This document shows positions 8,835-19,450 of a DNA stretch of 20,000 bases, piece by piece (position 1 is the first letter of the stretch; each line of letters opens with the position of its first letter). Both the position numbers and the translations under genes were made by a program. A model generated the notes under the pieces. It did not search any database and was not told the DNA's origin. It saw only the letters and a program-made list of their open reading frames with translations. The stretch spans positions 331,855 through 351,854 of the forward strand of contig BCKZ01000022.1 of the NCBI GenBank assembly GCA_001600815.1, given 5' to 3'. This DNA comes from Alloascoidea hylecoeti. Lineage: Eukaryota.

Positions 8835-10272
8835 GCACTAACCAATAAAAATATACAATATTGTTGGTGTAAGATTCATATATCTTTCAAATGGGTTAAA
8901 TCAACATATAGACACATTACTATACCTCAAAAATTATCAAGCTTAATGTTCAGACAGTAATTCAACTCACAATCTTCCAATTTTGCTGTTACAACACGTA
9001 TATATAATAATAATTGCAAATATGTAATTATATACTTGAATTGGTTCAAACTGAGATGGGGTTTGCATTTGTTAAAACAATGTCCTTCATCTCCATTGGT
9101 ACCACACAAGTCAAATGATTTCATACGTATTTGAAAACATTCCTTTGGAAGAAGCACCGTTAACACTATTCCCTACTTTAAAAGAAACAATATATAATCA
9201 ACTTAATTTCGGCGGCTATTTAAACTAAATATTCGGCCGTATACTATTCTATTTTGAGTGGCTTAATCAATTTCAATCTAAATTGGGTCGATTATCTAAT
9301 GCGATACTGTTCTGTCACCATTGAGAGGCACTATCACACTGTTGACTTGGATTCTATAAGCCGAGTATTTAGGTTATGGGGAATATTATCACACGGTGCA
9401 TCACGTGTGATAATATTTAGCCTAACGTCCTCGTGGCTGGAATTAAGTGGAATGAGTGGATACTAGTGTACGATCACGAAGTTAAGCTTAGTGGAATTAT
9501 CCTGAGCCTTTTTCTATATTACAATTTCCCCCACCCTTATAAATACGTACAAGTATACCCCTATTTTCAATATAATAAGAAGATGCTATGCACTTACGGG
9601 TATTATTAATATAGTTGTATCTTTATTAGCTACGGAAAATGGTAGCTTTTAATTGTAACAATATGGAATGAGTTATTCATTTGTTCATTGGATTTTATAA
9701 CTATAAAATAACAAGTACATACTATGAACATCTGAAATATATGGACCTAACTAATAGTTTAATCTTACCCTTAAAGGTTAAGATCACAATATTAGTTGAG
9801 ATAAGAGTCAGACGCGAAATTAAGCTTTTTGCAAATAAATCAGATAACAGATTGCAAACAATCTAGCTGTAATTCAATCAAGATAAGTAATTTTACATTT
9901 AACATTGTATAAGCTTACATAATATATGGTATATCTAACTAGACATGATGCTACCTATAGGTGATCACTACTATGATCATATAATTAATAGTGGGGTATA
10001 TCATTTAATTCATTCGTGATATCTCAATTACATCAATTGTATAATATACAATGTAGGTATAAATTTAAAGGATAACATTCTCCTAAAGCTTAAGTAAGAA
10101 TATTGAGTAATGAAATCACTTAACCATGACTTAATGGCTCTCCATTGATGCTTACAACATTATCAAAAAGATTATATCTAATAGGTATAGCCATTATATT
10201 GACTTGATGTTGTTATATGGTACTTATGTTAGCGATCGTAAAGATTAGCATTAGCATATCATACTAATGCTA
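8835..10272 (+). ncRNA. Candidate long structured non-coding RNA (telomerase RNA hypothesis); boundaries approximate
   Basis: No credible CDS. Many stems with plus-strand G-U pairs, including a ~140-nt rod (9328-9469) with a perfect 14-bp core AATATTATCACACG/CGTGTGATAATATT. Confidence 0.4.
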
Positions 10273-10623
10273 GTTGTGGGCATGATGATGATAAAAAACT
10301 TATCTATAGTTTTTGTGAATCAAAACAGGTAAAAAAAGCGTACAAGCAAAAACATCCATACAAGCAATAGTAATAATAATAGCATAACATAACATAACAA
10401 ATAAATACACATGTACAGCTCCGCCCAAAATATATCCAAACAAAATAAAACATCAAATAATAATAAATTGTCAAATATACGTATAAAAAAAAAAAAAAAA
10501 AAAAAAAATTCCAACATNAAANNCAAGTATTATATATGATGTCATTCGCTGGTTGATTATAATAGAAAATATTAAGTGAATAAAAAAGAACAATTATAAT
10601 AAAAGTCATTCAATGAGGGTTAA

Positions 10624-11754
10624 CTATGCACGTATTCGTCGATGATGTCTGTTTTCACTTTTAATGAATGAAGGAGAATGCTTTGATTTTCTATATTTTC
10701 TTGTTGATCCATTAGAATGATAAGAACCTGATAATGAACTAGAAGAAGAATTTGTTGTAGTTGGTAAGCTAGGTGGAACTGAAAGTTGTTTCTTTGAAAA
10801 AGATTCAAGAAGTTCCAAACTATTTTGAGTACTTCTTGGAGTTTCTTCGAAACTTCTATTATTTCCATTAATTTTATAATTTGAGGAAATTCCGTCGACC
10901 AAAAGAGAATGTTGAGGAATGATAAAGTCATAACTATTTTCATCTGAATCAGAAGAATCTAAAGAATCTAAAGAATCCGAAGAATCCGACGTATTTGGAT
11001 TCCCAATTTCATCATCTGAAATATTTTCCCATTCATCATTTTCATTACCATGTTCCTTGTCATGAGAATTGTCATTTTCTTTGAAAGAAGCAATAATTTC
11101 AGCAAATGAAACATTTTTATTACTACCGTGTCTTTCAATATCATGAGTATTATAGTCATAAAATTTAGATAAACTTTGTTTTTCGGAAAGAGTCCTATAA
11201 GGAATTTCATAATGTTTAGCGTATGTAATATGTTCCAAAATATCATCAAGAGTTCGACCGTTATAATTACATCCAAGACATTTGTAGTCAACACGTATTT
11301 TGGAATAAAGATGTTCGAGTAAAGAAGGCAAATCAATAAGGAATTCTCTATCAGGGATGATTAAAGAATGTGACTTCAACATATGTGCGAGATTAGTTTC
11401 TATTGACCTAGTAGCGTGCTTACAATAGAGACAGTGGACCTTATAAGGTAATTTGAGAGTATCCAGATCCACAAAGGGGTCTTTAAAAGTGATATGACCA
11501 TCATCAGCCATGACAGGAGTTGAGTTATCGACCTTTAATATGCTGTTTTTGATTTTTGTCTTGCAAGGGATTTCAGTGGGAAGATGGGATTTGGCATTAA
11601 CCTCGGAGGTACAACTAGTTGCAGACACTGGAGGTAAATCAGCAATTTTCCTCTTTGAGTTATAACGGTGCAGATCAGACTTCATATGTTGACGTTGACT
11701 ATCTCCAGTCTCAAACGACAAATCACACGTCTTACAAGTAAACAACAAAAACAT
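10624..11754 (-). CDS. Rei1/Reh1 (ZNF622)-family C2H2 zinc-finger pre-60S factor, divergent
   Basis: N-terminal FTCKTC...QRQHMKSDLHRYNSKRKIADLPPVS. Central CLYC...NLAHMLKSHSLIIPDREFLIDL and KCLGCN...EHI...KHYEIPY, matching the family's zinc-finger blocks. Confidence 0.8.
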   Translation of the reverse strand: MFLLFTCKTCDLSFETGDSQRQHMKSDLHRYNSKRKIADLPPVSATSCTSEVNAKSHLPTEIPCKTKIKNSILKVDNSTPVMADDGHITFKDPFVDLDTLKLPYKVHCLYCKHATRSIETNLAHMLKSHSLIIPDREFLIDLPSLLEHLYSKIRVDYKCLGCNYNGRTLDDILEHITYAKHYEIPYRTLSEKQSLSKFYDYNTHDIERHGSNKNVSFAEIIASFKENDNSHDKEHGNENDEWENISDDEIGNPNTSDSSDSLDSLDSSDSDENSYDFIIPQHSLLVDGISSNYKINGNNRSFEETPRSTQNSLELLESFSKKQLSVPPSLPTTTNSSSSSLSGSYHSNGSTRKYRKSKHSPSFIKSENRHHRRIRA

Positions 11755-12013
11755 TGGACGATAAAAAAATGAGGAAGACGAAGAGAAGTAGAAATAAATA
11801 AAAATGAGGTAAACTTTCTATGGGGCAGCAGGATGACCCACGTGTTCATGCAGCTGCTATTTTCGGCACTGTTTCCGCGCGTTATGTAAGCACTACGCAC
11901 GTGATGCATCAGGGTTTGGCCCTGCTCGTGAAAATCGGAATTTTTCATTCACATAATAATAATCTTTTTTCAACTCCAAAATCTAAAATTTTCAAACTTT
12001 TGATTAAACAGAA
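11755..12013. promoter_or_regulatory. Bidirectional promoter between the REI1-like gene and TSR1, with two E-boxes and RRPE motifs
   Basis: CACGTG 11839-11844; GCACGTGAT (reverse ATCACGTG, Cbf1-type) 11897-11905; AATTTTTCA 11939-11947; AAAATTTTCA 11985-11994. Confidence 0.6.
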
Positions 12014-14419
12014 ATGTCTTCTCAACATAGATCCACTTTGAAACATGGCCATAAACCTTTTAAATCAAAGCATTCAACTAAGAGTGCTTTGAAAGCTCAA
12101 AATAAAGGTAAAGTTGAAAAATCATCTGATTCAGATAAATCTCAAAGATCCTTAAATAAAAGAGAAAGAAGAATTTTTGCAAAACAATTAAGAATTAAAA
12201 AAACAACGGCAAGTCAAATATCTAGAAAATTATTTGAAGGAACAAATGGTGTTGAAAAAATTGTTACTATTGTTACATTAACAGATGATATTAAAGCATC
12301 AGATATATTAATAAAATTAATTAAAAATAATAATAATGAAAATGAAAATGATGAAATTATGATTAATGAAGACGATTTTGAGACAGGAGGAATTTATAAT
12401 ATTGAATTTAAAAAATTTAAATCAAAATTCAAATTTATTTTACCAGATATGAATAATATTTTAAGTATTTTAGATTCAACAAAAGTATCAGATTTTGTTA
12501 TATTTGGTATATCATCAATTAAGGAAATTAATCCAGAGATTGGTGAACAATTAATTAGATCAATTGAAAATCAAGGTGTTTCAAATGTTTTAGCAATAAT
12601 ACCAAATTTAAATTCAAAATTATCAGAAGATAATACTTTAAAAAAAAAATTATATAAAAAAAATACTTTATTAAGTTATTTCAATCATTTTTTCCCAAAT
12701 GAAGATAAAATTTATGATTTAGAAAATGATATTTTAAATATTGAAAGATTATTATGTCAAAAATTCCCAAAGGGGATTAATTGGAGAGATTCAAGAGGTT
12801 ATTTAATGGCTGATAAATTATATTATGAAGAAAATAATAATATAACAATAAATTCTGATGGAAATTCTAATGGATTTCTTGTTGTTGAAGGTGCTGTTAG
12901 AGGTAGAGGATTTAATGCAAATAGATTAATTCATATTCCTGGATATGGTGACTTTCAAATTGATAGAATTGAAAAATTAGAAAATTTTTATAATCATAAG
13001 AAAAAAAATATAAACGAAAATGATATGATAATAGATGATGAAAAATCAAATATTTTATCAATTTCTGATATAAATCTTCAAGATGATTTAAATGAACTTG
13101 CACCAATTGATTTAAATGATATGAATATTGATAATAATAGTACTATTTCAAATGATAATATTAATAATAATAATGGTTCTGAATTTCAAAATAAAGCTGT
13201 TAGATTAGATGGTCATGGTTATTTTTTTAATAATAAAGAAGAAAAGAAAAGAAGAATAAAGGGAATGTCTGAATATCAATCAAGATGGATTATCGATGAA
13301 CAATCAGATGATGATTTTGAAAGTAGTGAAGGAGAAGAAGAAAATGAACAAGAAGAAGATAATGACAATGATAATGATATGATTATTGATGATGAATCAG
13401 AATATGGAACAGCAAGTGAAATGCATATTGAATTATCTCCAGAAGAAGAAGCAAGACAATTAAAAGAATTTAGAGATAAAGAAAATGATGAATTAGAATT
13501 CCCTGATGAAATTGAATTATTACCAAATGAATCTGGAAAAGAAAGATTAAAACGTTATCGTGGTATTAAAAATTTACGTAATTATGATTGGGATATTGAT
13601 GAAAATGATGAAAGAAAACCATTAGAATGGAATAAATTATTAAGAATTAATAATTTTAAATCAACAAAAAATAGAGTTAATAAAAATTCAATTAAAGAAA
13701 TTGAAGTATTCCCTGGTACAAGAGTTAAAATATTTATAAAAACTTCAAAAATTATATTAAATTCAATACCAAATATTAATAAAATACCATTTGTTATTTA
13801 TAGTTTATTGGATTATGAACATAAATTAGCAGTTGTTAATTTTTCAATTTCAAGATGGGAAGCTTTTGATGAACCAATACCATCAAAAGACACAATTATT
13901 GTACAATATGGTTTTAGAAGACAAATTATTCAACCATTATTTTCACAACCATCAAATGGTAAAGTTCAAAAATACGATAGATTTTTACATCCTTATAATT
14001 TAAGTATTGCAACTACAATTGCACCTGTTATGATAACTCAAGCACCTGCAATTTTTTTTAAACAAACAAATGGAGAAGGTTTAAATAAGTATAAATTTAT
14101 TGGTCAAGGTTCATTTTTAGATGCTGATTATAAGCGAGTATTAGCTAAAAGAGTTGTTCTTACCGGTCATCCAATTAGTATGCATAAAAGAATTTTTACA
14201 ATTCGTTTTATGTTTTTTAATGCTGATGATGTTAATTGGTTTAAAGCAATTCCATTGTTTACAAAAATGGGTAGAACTGGTTTCATTAAAGAAAGTTTAG
14301 GTACTCATGGTTATTTTAAAGCAACTTTTGATAATACAATAAATTCTCAGGATACTATAGGAATGGCATTATATAAAAGAATTTGGCCAAGAAATTCAAT
14401 TCTTTTTACTGAAAAATAA
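12014..14419 (+). CDS. TSR1: Pre-40S ribosome biogenesis factor Tsr1, 801 aa
   Basis: N-terminal HRSTLKHGHKPFKSKHSTK; WRDSRGY; RLIHIPGYGDFQI; MSEYQSRW; FPDEIEL; C-terminal GFIKESLGTHGYFKATFD...LYKRIWP. Confidence 0.96.
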   Translation: MSSQHRSTLKHGHKPFKSKHSTKSALKAQNKGKVEKSSDSDKSQRSLNKRERRIFAKQLRIKKTTASQISRKLFEGTNGVEKIVTIVTLTDDIKASDILIKLIKNNNNENENDEIMINEDDFETGGIYNIEFKKFKSKFKFILPDMNNILSILDSTKVSDFVIFGISSIKEINPEIGEQLIRSIENQGVSNVLAIIPNLNSKLSEDNTLKKKLYKKNTLLSYFNHFFPNEDKIYDLENDILNIERLLCQKFPKGINWRDSRGYLMADKLYYEENNNITINSDGNSNGFLVVEGAVRGRGFNANRLIHIPGYGDFQIDRIEKLENFYNHKKKNINENDMIIDDEKSNILSISDINLQDDLNELAPIDLNDMNIDNNSTISNDNINNNNGSEFQNKAVRLDGHGYFFNNKEEKKRRIKGMSEYQSRWIIDEQSDDDFESSEGEEENEQEEDNDNDNDMIIDDESEYGTASEMHIELSPEEEARQLKEFRDKENDELEFPDEIELLPNESGKERLKRYRGIKNLRNYDWDIDENDERKPLEWNKLLRINNFKSTKNRVNKNSIKEIEVFPGTRVKIFIKTSKIILNSIPNINKIPFVIYSLLDYEHKLAVVNFSISRWEAFDEPIPSKDTIIVQYGFRRQIIQPLFSQPSNGKVQKYDRFLHPYNLSIATTIAPVMITQAPAIFFKQTNGEGLNKYKFIGQGSFLDADYKRVLAKRVVLTGHPISMHKRIFTIRFMFFNADDVNWFKAIPLFTKMGRTGFIKESLGTHGYFKATFDNTINSQDTIGMALYKRIWPRNSILFTEK

Positions 14420-14472
14420 ATAAATCATTTACCATAACTATATAGGACGTTATATATAATATTATATCATTA

Positions 14473-15831
14473 TTACAGAATATTCCCACTATTATAAGTA
14501 AATCTTTTTGATTTTGGTAATTCATCTGCTCTTTCTAAAATTCTTGATCTTCTTTCATCACCACCAAATGAATCCAATGTATTAAACGATCTTAATGATT
14601 CTGCAGTATCTGATGATCGTAATGTATTTCTATAAGGTGATGGTGGTTTTAAACTATCATTATCATCATCAAATCTTAATTCATTAAAAATATTATCATC
14701 TTTATTAATATCCTTAAAACGACTTGTACTACTTTCTGGTTGTTGATCTGAATAACTTAATGGAGTAGTTTCCCCATTATCAATATCATCTTCAACTTCA
14801 ACAACTTCATTATGTGTATCTTTTTTAGATGATGAACTGTTATTACTTGTATTTGTTGTATCTCCTAATAATGTTTTACCTTCTGGTTGATCATCTTCTG
14901 TCATTACACACCAAACAGGACCAGCCCATGCTAAAAATGATACAAAACTTAAACCACAACATACCCAAATTGTTGTGAAAACTCGTTTACCCAAATAAAC
15001 TTTAATATTAAAAGCTCCTAATTCATCTATTATATTTTGTCTTAAATCAGCATTTAAAACAGTTGCAGCAATACAACCGAATAATAAAGAAGTGAAAAAG
15101 AATAAACTCATTATTGTATTTATCCATTTACTCCATTTACTATAATATGAACCGATACCTGTCAATAGAGTAAGTATAGGGAATATTAAACCACCAGTTA
15201 AAAGACCCCAATTACTTGCATAAGTCCAATAAACTGTAGTTTCTGATGGGGTTTCAATATTTTCAATATTTCCTGAATAGGCATATAGTAGAATAATAGA
15301 TAATCCAGAAGAAGCTAATGTAGTTTTATAATTGAACGAATAATGAAGTTTTGGATCTGAACAATAATCAAAATATCTTTTCTCTTCATGTACAGAAACA
15401 TCCGAAGAACTTTCAACTTTTGGACTTGAGCTTAAAGTTGAATTTAAACTTGAAGTTGATGTTGCTGTTGAATTTGATAATTTATATTCACCGGAACACC
15501 AAGACCACATTCCACTAACAATAAATTGAGGAGATTCTTTAACTTGGCTATCAGCATAACTTGTTAAAGCTAAAATTTCACTAGTTGTTAAACCAATACC
15601 TCCATTATTTGTATCTGATTTAACATTATTAACTTCATTTTTTAACGTTGTGAAAATACCATTTGCAATATCTGTATGTAAAACATCTAATCTTAAAAAA
15701 TACCATTTATTACTTGTATTTGTACAACCACTTATTACTATACACATTAATATAATTGATAGGATTATTGTTAAATATCTTAAAACAATTTGGAATATTT
15801 GTTTCCATGTCATTGAAGTTTTAAGAACCAT
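14473..15831 (-). CDS. ECM7: SUR7/PalI (claudin-like) four-TM membrane protein, Ecm7-like, 452 aa
   Basis: N-terminal TM ending in SGC; LTTSEILALTSYADSQVKESPQFI (Ecm7-like block); GMWSWC claudin-like motif; three further TM segments; long acidic/Ser-rich tail. Confidence 0.65.
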   Translation of the reverse strand: MVLKTSMTWKQIFQIVLRYLTIILSIILMCIVISGCTNTSNKWYFLRLDVLHTDIANGIFTTLKNEVNNVKSDTNNGGIGLTTSEILALTSYADSQVKESPQFIVSGMWSWCSGEYKLSNSTATSTSSLNSTLSSSPKVESSSDVSVHEEKRYFDYCSDPKLHYSFNYKTTLASSGLSIILLYAYSGNIENIETPSETTVYWTYASNWGLLTGGLIFPILTLLTGIGSYYSKWSKWINTIMSLFFFTSLLFGCIAATVLNADLRQNIIDELGAFNIKVYLGKRVFTTIWVCCGLSFVSFLAWAGPVWCVMTEDDQPEGKTLLGDTTNTSNNSSSSKKDTHNEVVEVEDDIDNGETTPLSYSDQQPESSTSRFKDINKDDNIFNELRFDDDNDSLKPPSPYRNTLRSSDTAESLRSFNTLDSFGGDERRSRILERADELPKSKRFTYNSGNIL

Positions 15832-15916
15832 TTTAATGATATTTTAGAGATGAGTTTTTCATAAATATTTATATTGAATGTATTTTTAGGCTTCTCAGAT
15901 ATTGAAAGTATTGAAA

Positions 15917-15924
15917 CCGGGTAA
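15917..15924 (+). promoter_or_regulatory. Reb1-type site in the 157-bp divergent ECM7-like/ORC1 promoter
   Basis: CCGGGTAA, an exact match to the Reb1 consensus. Confidence 0.55.
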
Positions 15925-15988
15925 CAATTTTCTAAACATTCAAAAATTATATTATGAATTTGTTTACACTTTATGAATATTTTTATAA

Positions 15989-18357
15989 ATGAGTTTAATA
16001 GATGAAGATGATGGATTTAAATTTATATATCCCGAAGATAAAAATGAAAATAAAAATGTGTCAAAAAGTCCAAGAAAATCAAGAAGAACAATAATTAATC
16101 CAATTAAAATTATAAGAAAAGATGATAATCAAATGTTTAAACCTGGTGATATTGTAACTGTTACTTCAAGTGATGGAGAAGAATCTTATTTAGCAATGAT
16201 TAAAAATTTTGAATATAATTCAAGAGGTGTTATGATGGCAATGATGATTTGGTTCGTTACTGAAAGTGATAAAGAAGTTGAATTAAAAGATGATTGGTTT
16301 AAGGTATTTTAAAACATAATAATATTTAAAGATGATAAATTACTAATTAACTAATGTTTTATTTATTGTAGAATGAAGTTTATATTACTGGTGATGCAGA
16401 TAGAAATCCACTTGATGTAATTGAAGATTTAGTTAAAATTATATCAATTAAACAATTTAAAATTGATTATGATCATCATTTAAATGATGAAGAATTAGAA
16501 TCAATTTTTATTTGTAGATATGCTGTTAATAGAGAATCAAAAATTTATTCAAAAAAATTTGATTGGAATGAAATTTTTAAATTAAATGATGAAAATAAAA
16601 ATGAAATATATGAAAATGAAATTGAGAATTTTATGAAATATATTCAAAATATAACAATTGATATTAATAAGTCACCAAGAAGAGGTAAGAAAATAATAAA
16701 AACTCCAATGAAATCAAATAATCATAATACACCATTTAAATCACAAGATAGAAGGAAATCAAAACCAACTCCAAAGTTAAAACTTCAAGATGAAGTAAAT
16801 GATCCAGATATTGAATTTTCAGATGATTCTTCTGATGAATATCAAAATAATAATGATGATGATTCAGAAGATGAAACAGATGATTCAGAAATTTATGATA
16901 GTGATTATTATAAAGAACAAAAGAAAAAAATTCAACAAACTCCAAAACATAAAAGACATCTGAGTAATCCAAATACACCATCTCCTAAAAAACAAAAATT
17001 AGAAAAAATTATGTTAACACCACATAGATCAATTTATGCAAGATCACAATTATCAACACCAAATTTACCAAATAGATTAACATCACCGATTAAGAATTTA
17101 ATATCACCATCAAAATCACCATTTGTATCAACAAGATATAAACTACAAATTGGTAAAACAATAAATTCATTACCATGTCGTGAAGAACAATTTTCAACAT
17201 TATATTATAGATTAGAATCATCAATAAATTCATTAACTGGTTCATGTATTTATATAAGTGGTACACCAGGTACTGGTAAAACAGCAACAGTTAGAGAAGT
17301 TATAAATCAATTATTAATTAAAATGAATCAAAATGAAATAAATCAATTTAATTATATTGAAATTAATGGATTAAAATTAACTTCACCTTATGATGCTTAT
17401 GAAATGTTATGGTATAAGTTACATAATCAAAGAGTTAGTTCAGCAAATGCAATATTATTATTAGAAAAGCAATTTAAATTTGGAAGTTCATCAAATTCAA
17501 AGATGAAGAATGATTTACCATTAGTTGTTTTAATGGATGAATTAGATCAAGTTATAACGAAAAATCAATCAATTATGTATAATTTTTTTAATTGGCCAAC
17601 TTATAAAAATTCAAAATTAATTATTATTGCAGTTGCAAATACAATGGATTTACCAGAAAGAATATTAACAAATAAAATATCAAGTAGAATTGGATTAACA
17701 AGAATTCAATTTCCTGGTTATAATTATAAACAATTAGAAACAATAATAAAAACAAGATTAAAAAGTTTTGAAAATGATGGGTTGGAAATTGGTGATGATT
17801 CAATTGGTTTTGCAAGTAGGAAAGTTGCAAGTGTTAGTGGTGATGCAAGAAGAGCGTTAACATTTTGTCGTAGAGCAATTGAAATTGCAGAATTAGAATA
17901 TAATAATTCAAAATCAACTAATAAAAATAAAAAAGTTAAAGTTATTGTTAAACATATTCAAAAAGCAATTAATGAATCAACAAATTCACCAATTTCAATA
18001 TATTTAAAACATTTACCATTATCATATAAAATTTTTTTATCGGCAATTTTAGGAAGATATAGAAAAACTGGAATAATTGAATGTTCAATTGGTGATGTTA
18101 TTGATGAAATGTATCAATTAATAAATATTAATTTATTATCAAGTTCAAAATTTAAAATTAAAAAATTTTTATATGAATCAAATAAAAAAATTAGAATTAA
18201 TGGATTTTTTAAAATTATTTCTGAATTAATTGATTGTGGAATAATTATTGTTCAAAATAATAATATTGAAAGAAGTAGTTTTTTAAAATTAATTATTCGT
18301 GATGAAGAAATTAAAAGTGCTTTTAAAGGTGATCCTGATTTAGCAGGTATGGTATAG
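15989..18357 (+). CDS. ORC1: Origin recognition complex subunit 1; exons 15989-16303 and 16372-18357, 766 aa
   Basis: BAH domain split by an intron (...DDWFK|NEVYITG...FICRYA). AAA+ domain: SLPCREEQF, Walker A YISGTPGTGKT, Walker B VLMDELD, ANTMDLPER, VSGDARRAL. Confidence 0.95.
16304..16371 (+). other. Spliceosomal intron of ORC1 (68 nt)
   Basis: GTATTT donor, TACTAAT/AACTAAT branch candidates, TAG acceptor; joins two ORF-track ORFs in frame. Confidence 0.85.
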
Positions 18358-18533
18358 AGTTTTCATTTTTATATTCATATATTATATATTGTTTATTGTT
18401 TATAATTCGAAGAGTATCAGAGAATTGAATTGAAAGACTATATAAAAACGTGTACAAAGAATCTAAAAGGGAAAATAACAGAATTAAAATAAACAACAAT
18501 TTCGTGATTCATATATAAATATAACGTTTTTAG

Positions 18534-19331
18534 TTACCAATGTTGATAAACAAGTAAAGGTTCTCCAATGTTAACAATTTCTGGTATAGTTAATTTAAGA
18601 TCGAATGCTTTTGATAGGACAATTTTAAAAATCTAACAATTTCGATATGAGTTAGTAAACAAATGTAAAAGATAAATAAATAAATAAAAAAATTGCATAC
18701 CTTTTGAACATTTATAGAATGACTTGTTGAACAAAAAATAAGACTTCCTTTCATAGCTTCAGCATATCTTTGAGCTTGCCTACTAATTTCTTCTTGTTCA
18801 TCTTGTGGTAATTCAATAAAAATATCATATTTTGTACCAACTAAAAAAGGTATAGCAGTTTTATTAAAACCTCTTGCTTGTCTATACCATTCTTTAACAC
18901 TATTCAAAGTTGATTTTCTTGTTAAATCAAACATAAATAATATTGCAACAGCATCATTTGATACTAATGGTAACATGTTTATAAATTCTCTTTGACCACC
19001 AAGATCCCAAATTGAAAATGTAATTTCTGTATTTCGTATTGATATGATTTTTTCCATATAATTAACACCTAATGTTTGAATATAATCTTCATCAAATGAT
19101 CCTTCGACATATTTGACCATTAATGAAGTTTTACCGATCTGTGCATCGCCTATTAAACCAACTTTCAACGCGACTCTAAAGATGATGGTTAAATATGAAC
19201 CTGGTAAGATGTGAAACTAGGATGTGATATACGTACGAGTTTTTGCTGGGAGCACTCTGGTTTGAGTGGTGAGAGCGGTGGTGATGGGAGGTCTCGGAGG
19301 TTTGGGTATTTTGAACGACCGCTTCAGACAT
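18534..19331 (-). CDS. TEM1: Mitotic exit/septation GTPase Tem1/Spg1; exons 19331-19237, 19175-18701 and 18632-18534, 222 aa
   Basis: [44 protein letters not shown]. Spliced C-terminus [34 protein letters not shown]. Introns 19236-19176 (GTACGT..TAG) and 18700-18633 (GTATGC..TACTAAC..TAG). Confidence 0.93.
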
Positions 19332-19442
19332 TTCTAAAGATAAGTCTCGATTATAAAAAGGTGGACATAAACATTTAATGAGTGTTGTCGCGCTTCCTGA
19401 TCCAGCGTGGCGCATGACGTAGGAGAGTTGGTATGGCAACTA

Positions 19443-19450
19443 ATCACGTG
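19443..19450 (+). promoter_or_regulatory. Cbf1-type E-box upstream of TEM1
   Basis: ATCACGTG, 112 bp upstream of the TEM1 ATG. Confidence 0.4.

Noticed and set aside
9399..9410. ATCACGTG as CDEI of a point centromere
   Set aside because: No 78-86 bp, >90% AT CDEII followed by a CDEIII CCG motif; better explained as part of the hairpin
9472..9481. GATCACGAAG resembling the U1 snRNA stem-loop I loop
   Set aside because: No ATACTTACC 5' end upstream and no enclosing stem
8927..9866. ORFs 8927-9166, 9254-9466 and 9681-9866
   Set aside because: Non-ATG starts, no motifs; they lie in the structured non-coding region
10304..10609. F/L/Y-rich ORFs spanning a poly(A) run and N bases
   Set aside because: Low-complexity intergenic/terminator DNA with ambiguous bases at 10518-10523
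11682..12041. Small ORFs in the REI1-like/TSR1 intergenic region
   Set aside because: Overlap both gene starts and the shared promoter; no coding features
16959..16962. Inferring CUG codon reassignment from CTG rarity
   Set aside because: The only in-frame CTG I noticed (ORC1 linker) is at an unconserved position; rarity is explained by AT bias
3942..17830. Antisense or alternate-frame ORFs inside UTP21, REI1-like, TSR1, ECM7-like and ORC1
   Set aside because: Shadow ORFs produced by the codon bias of the real genes
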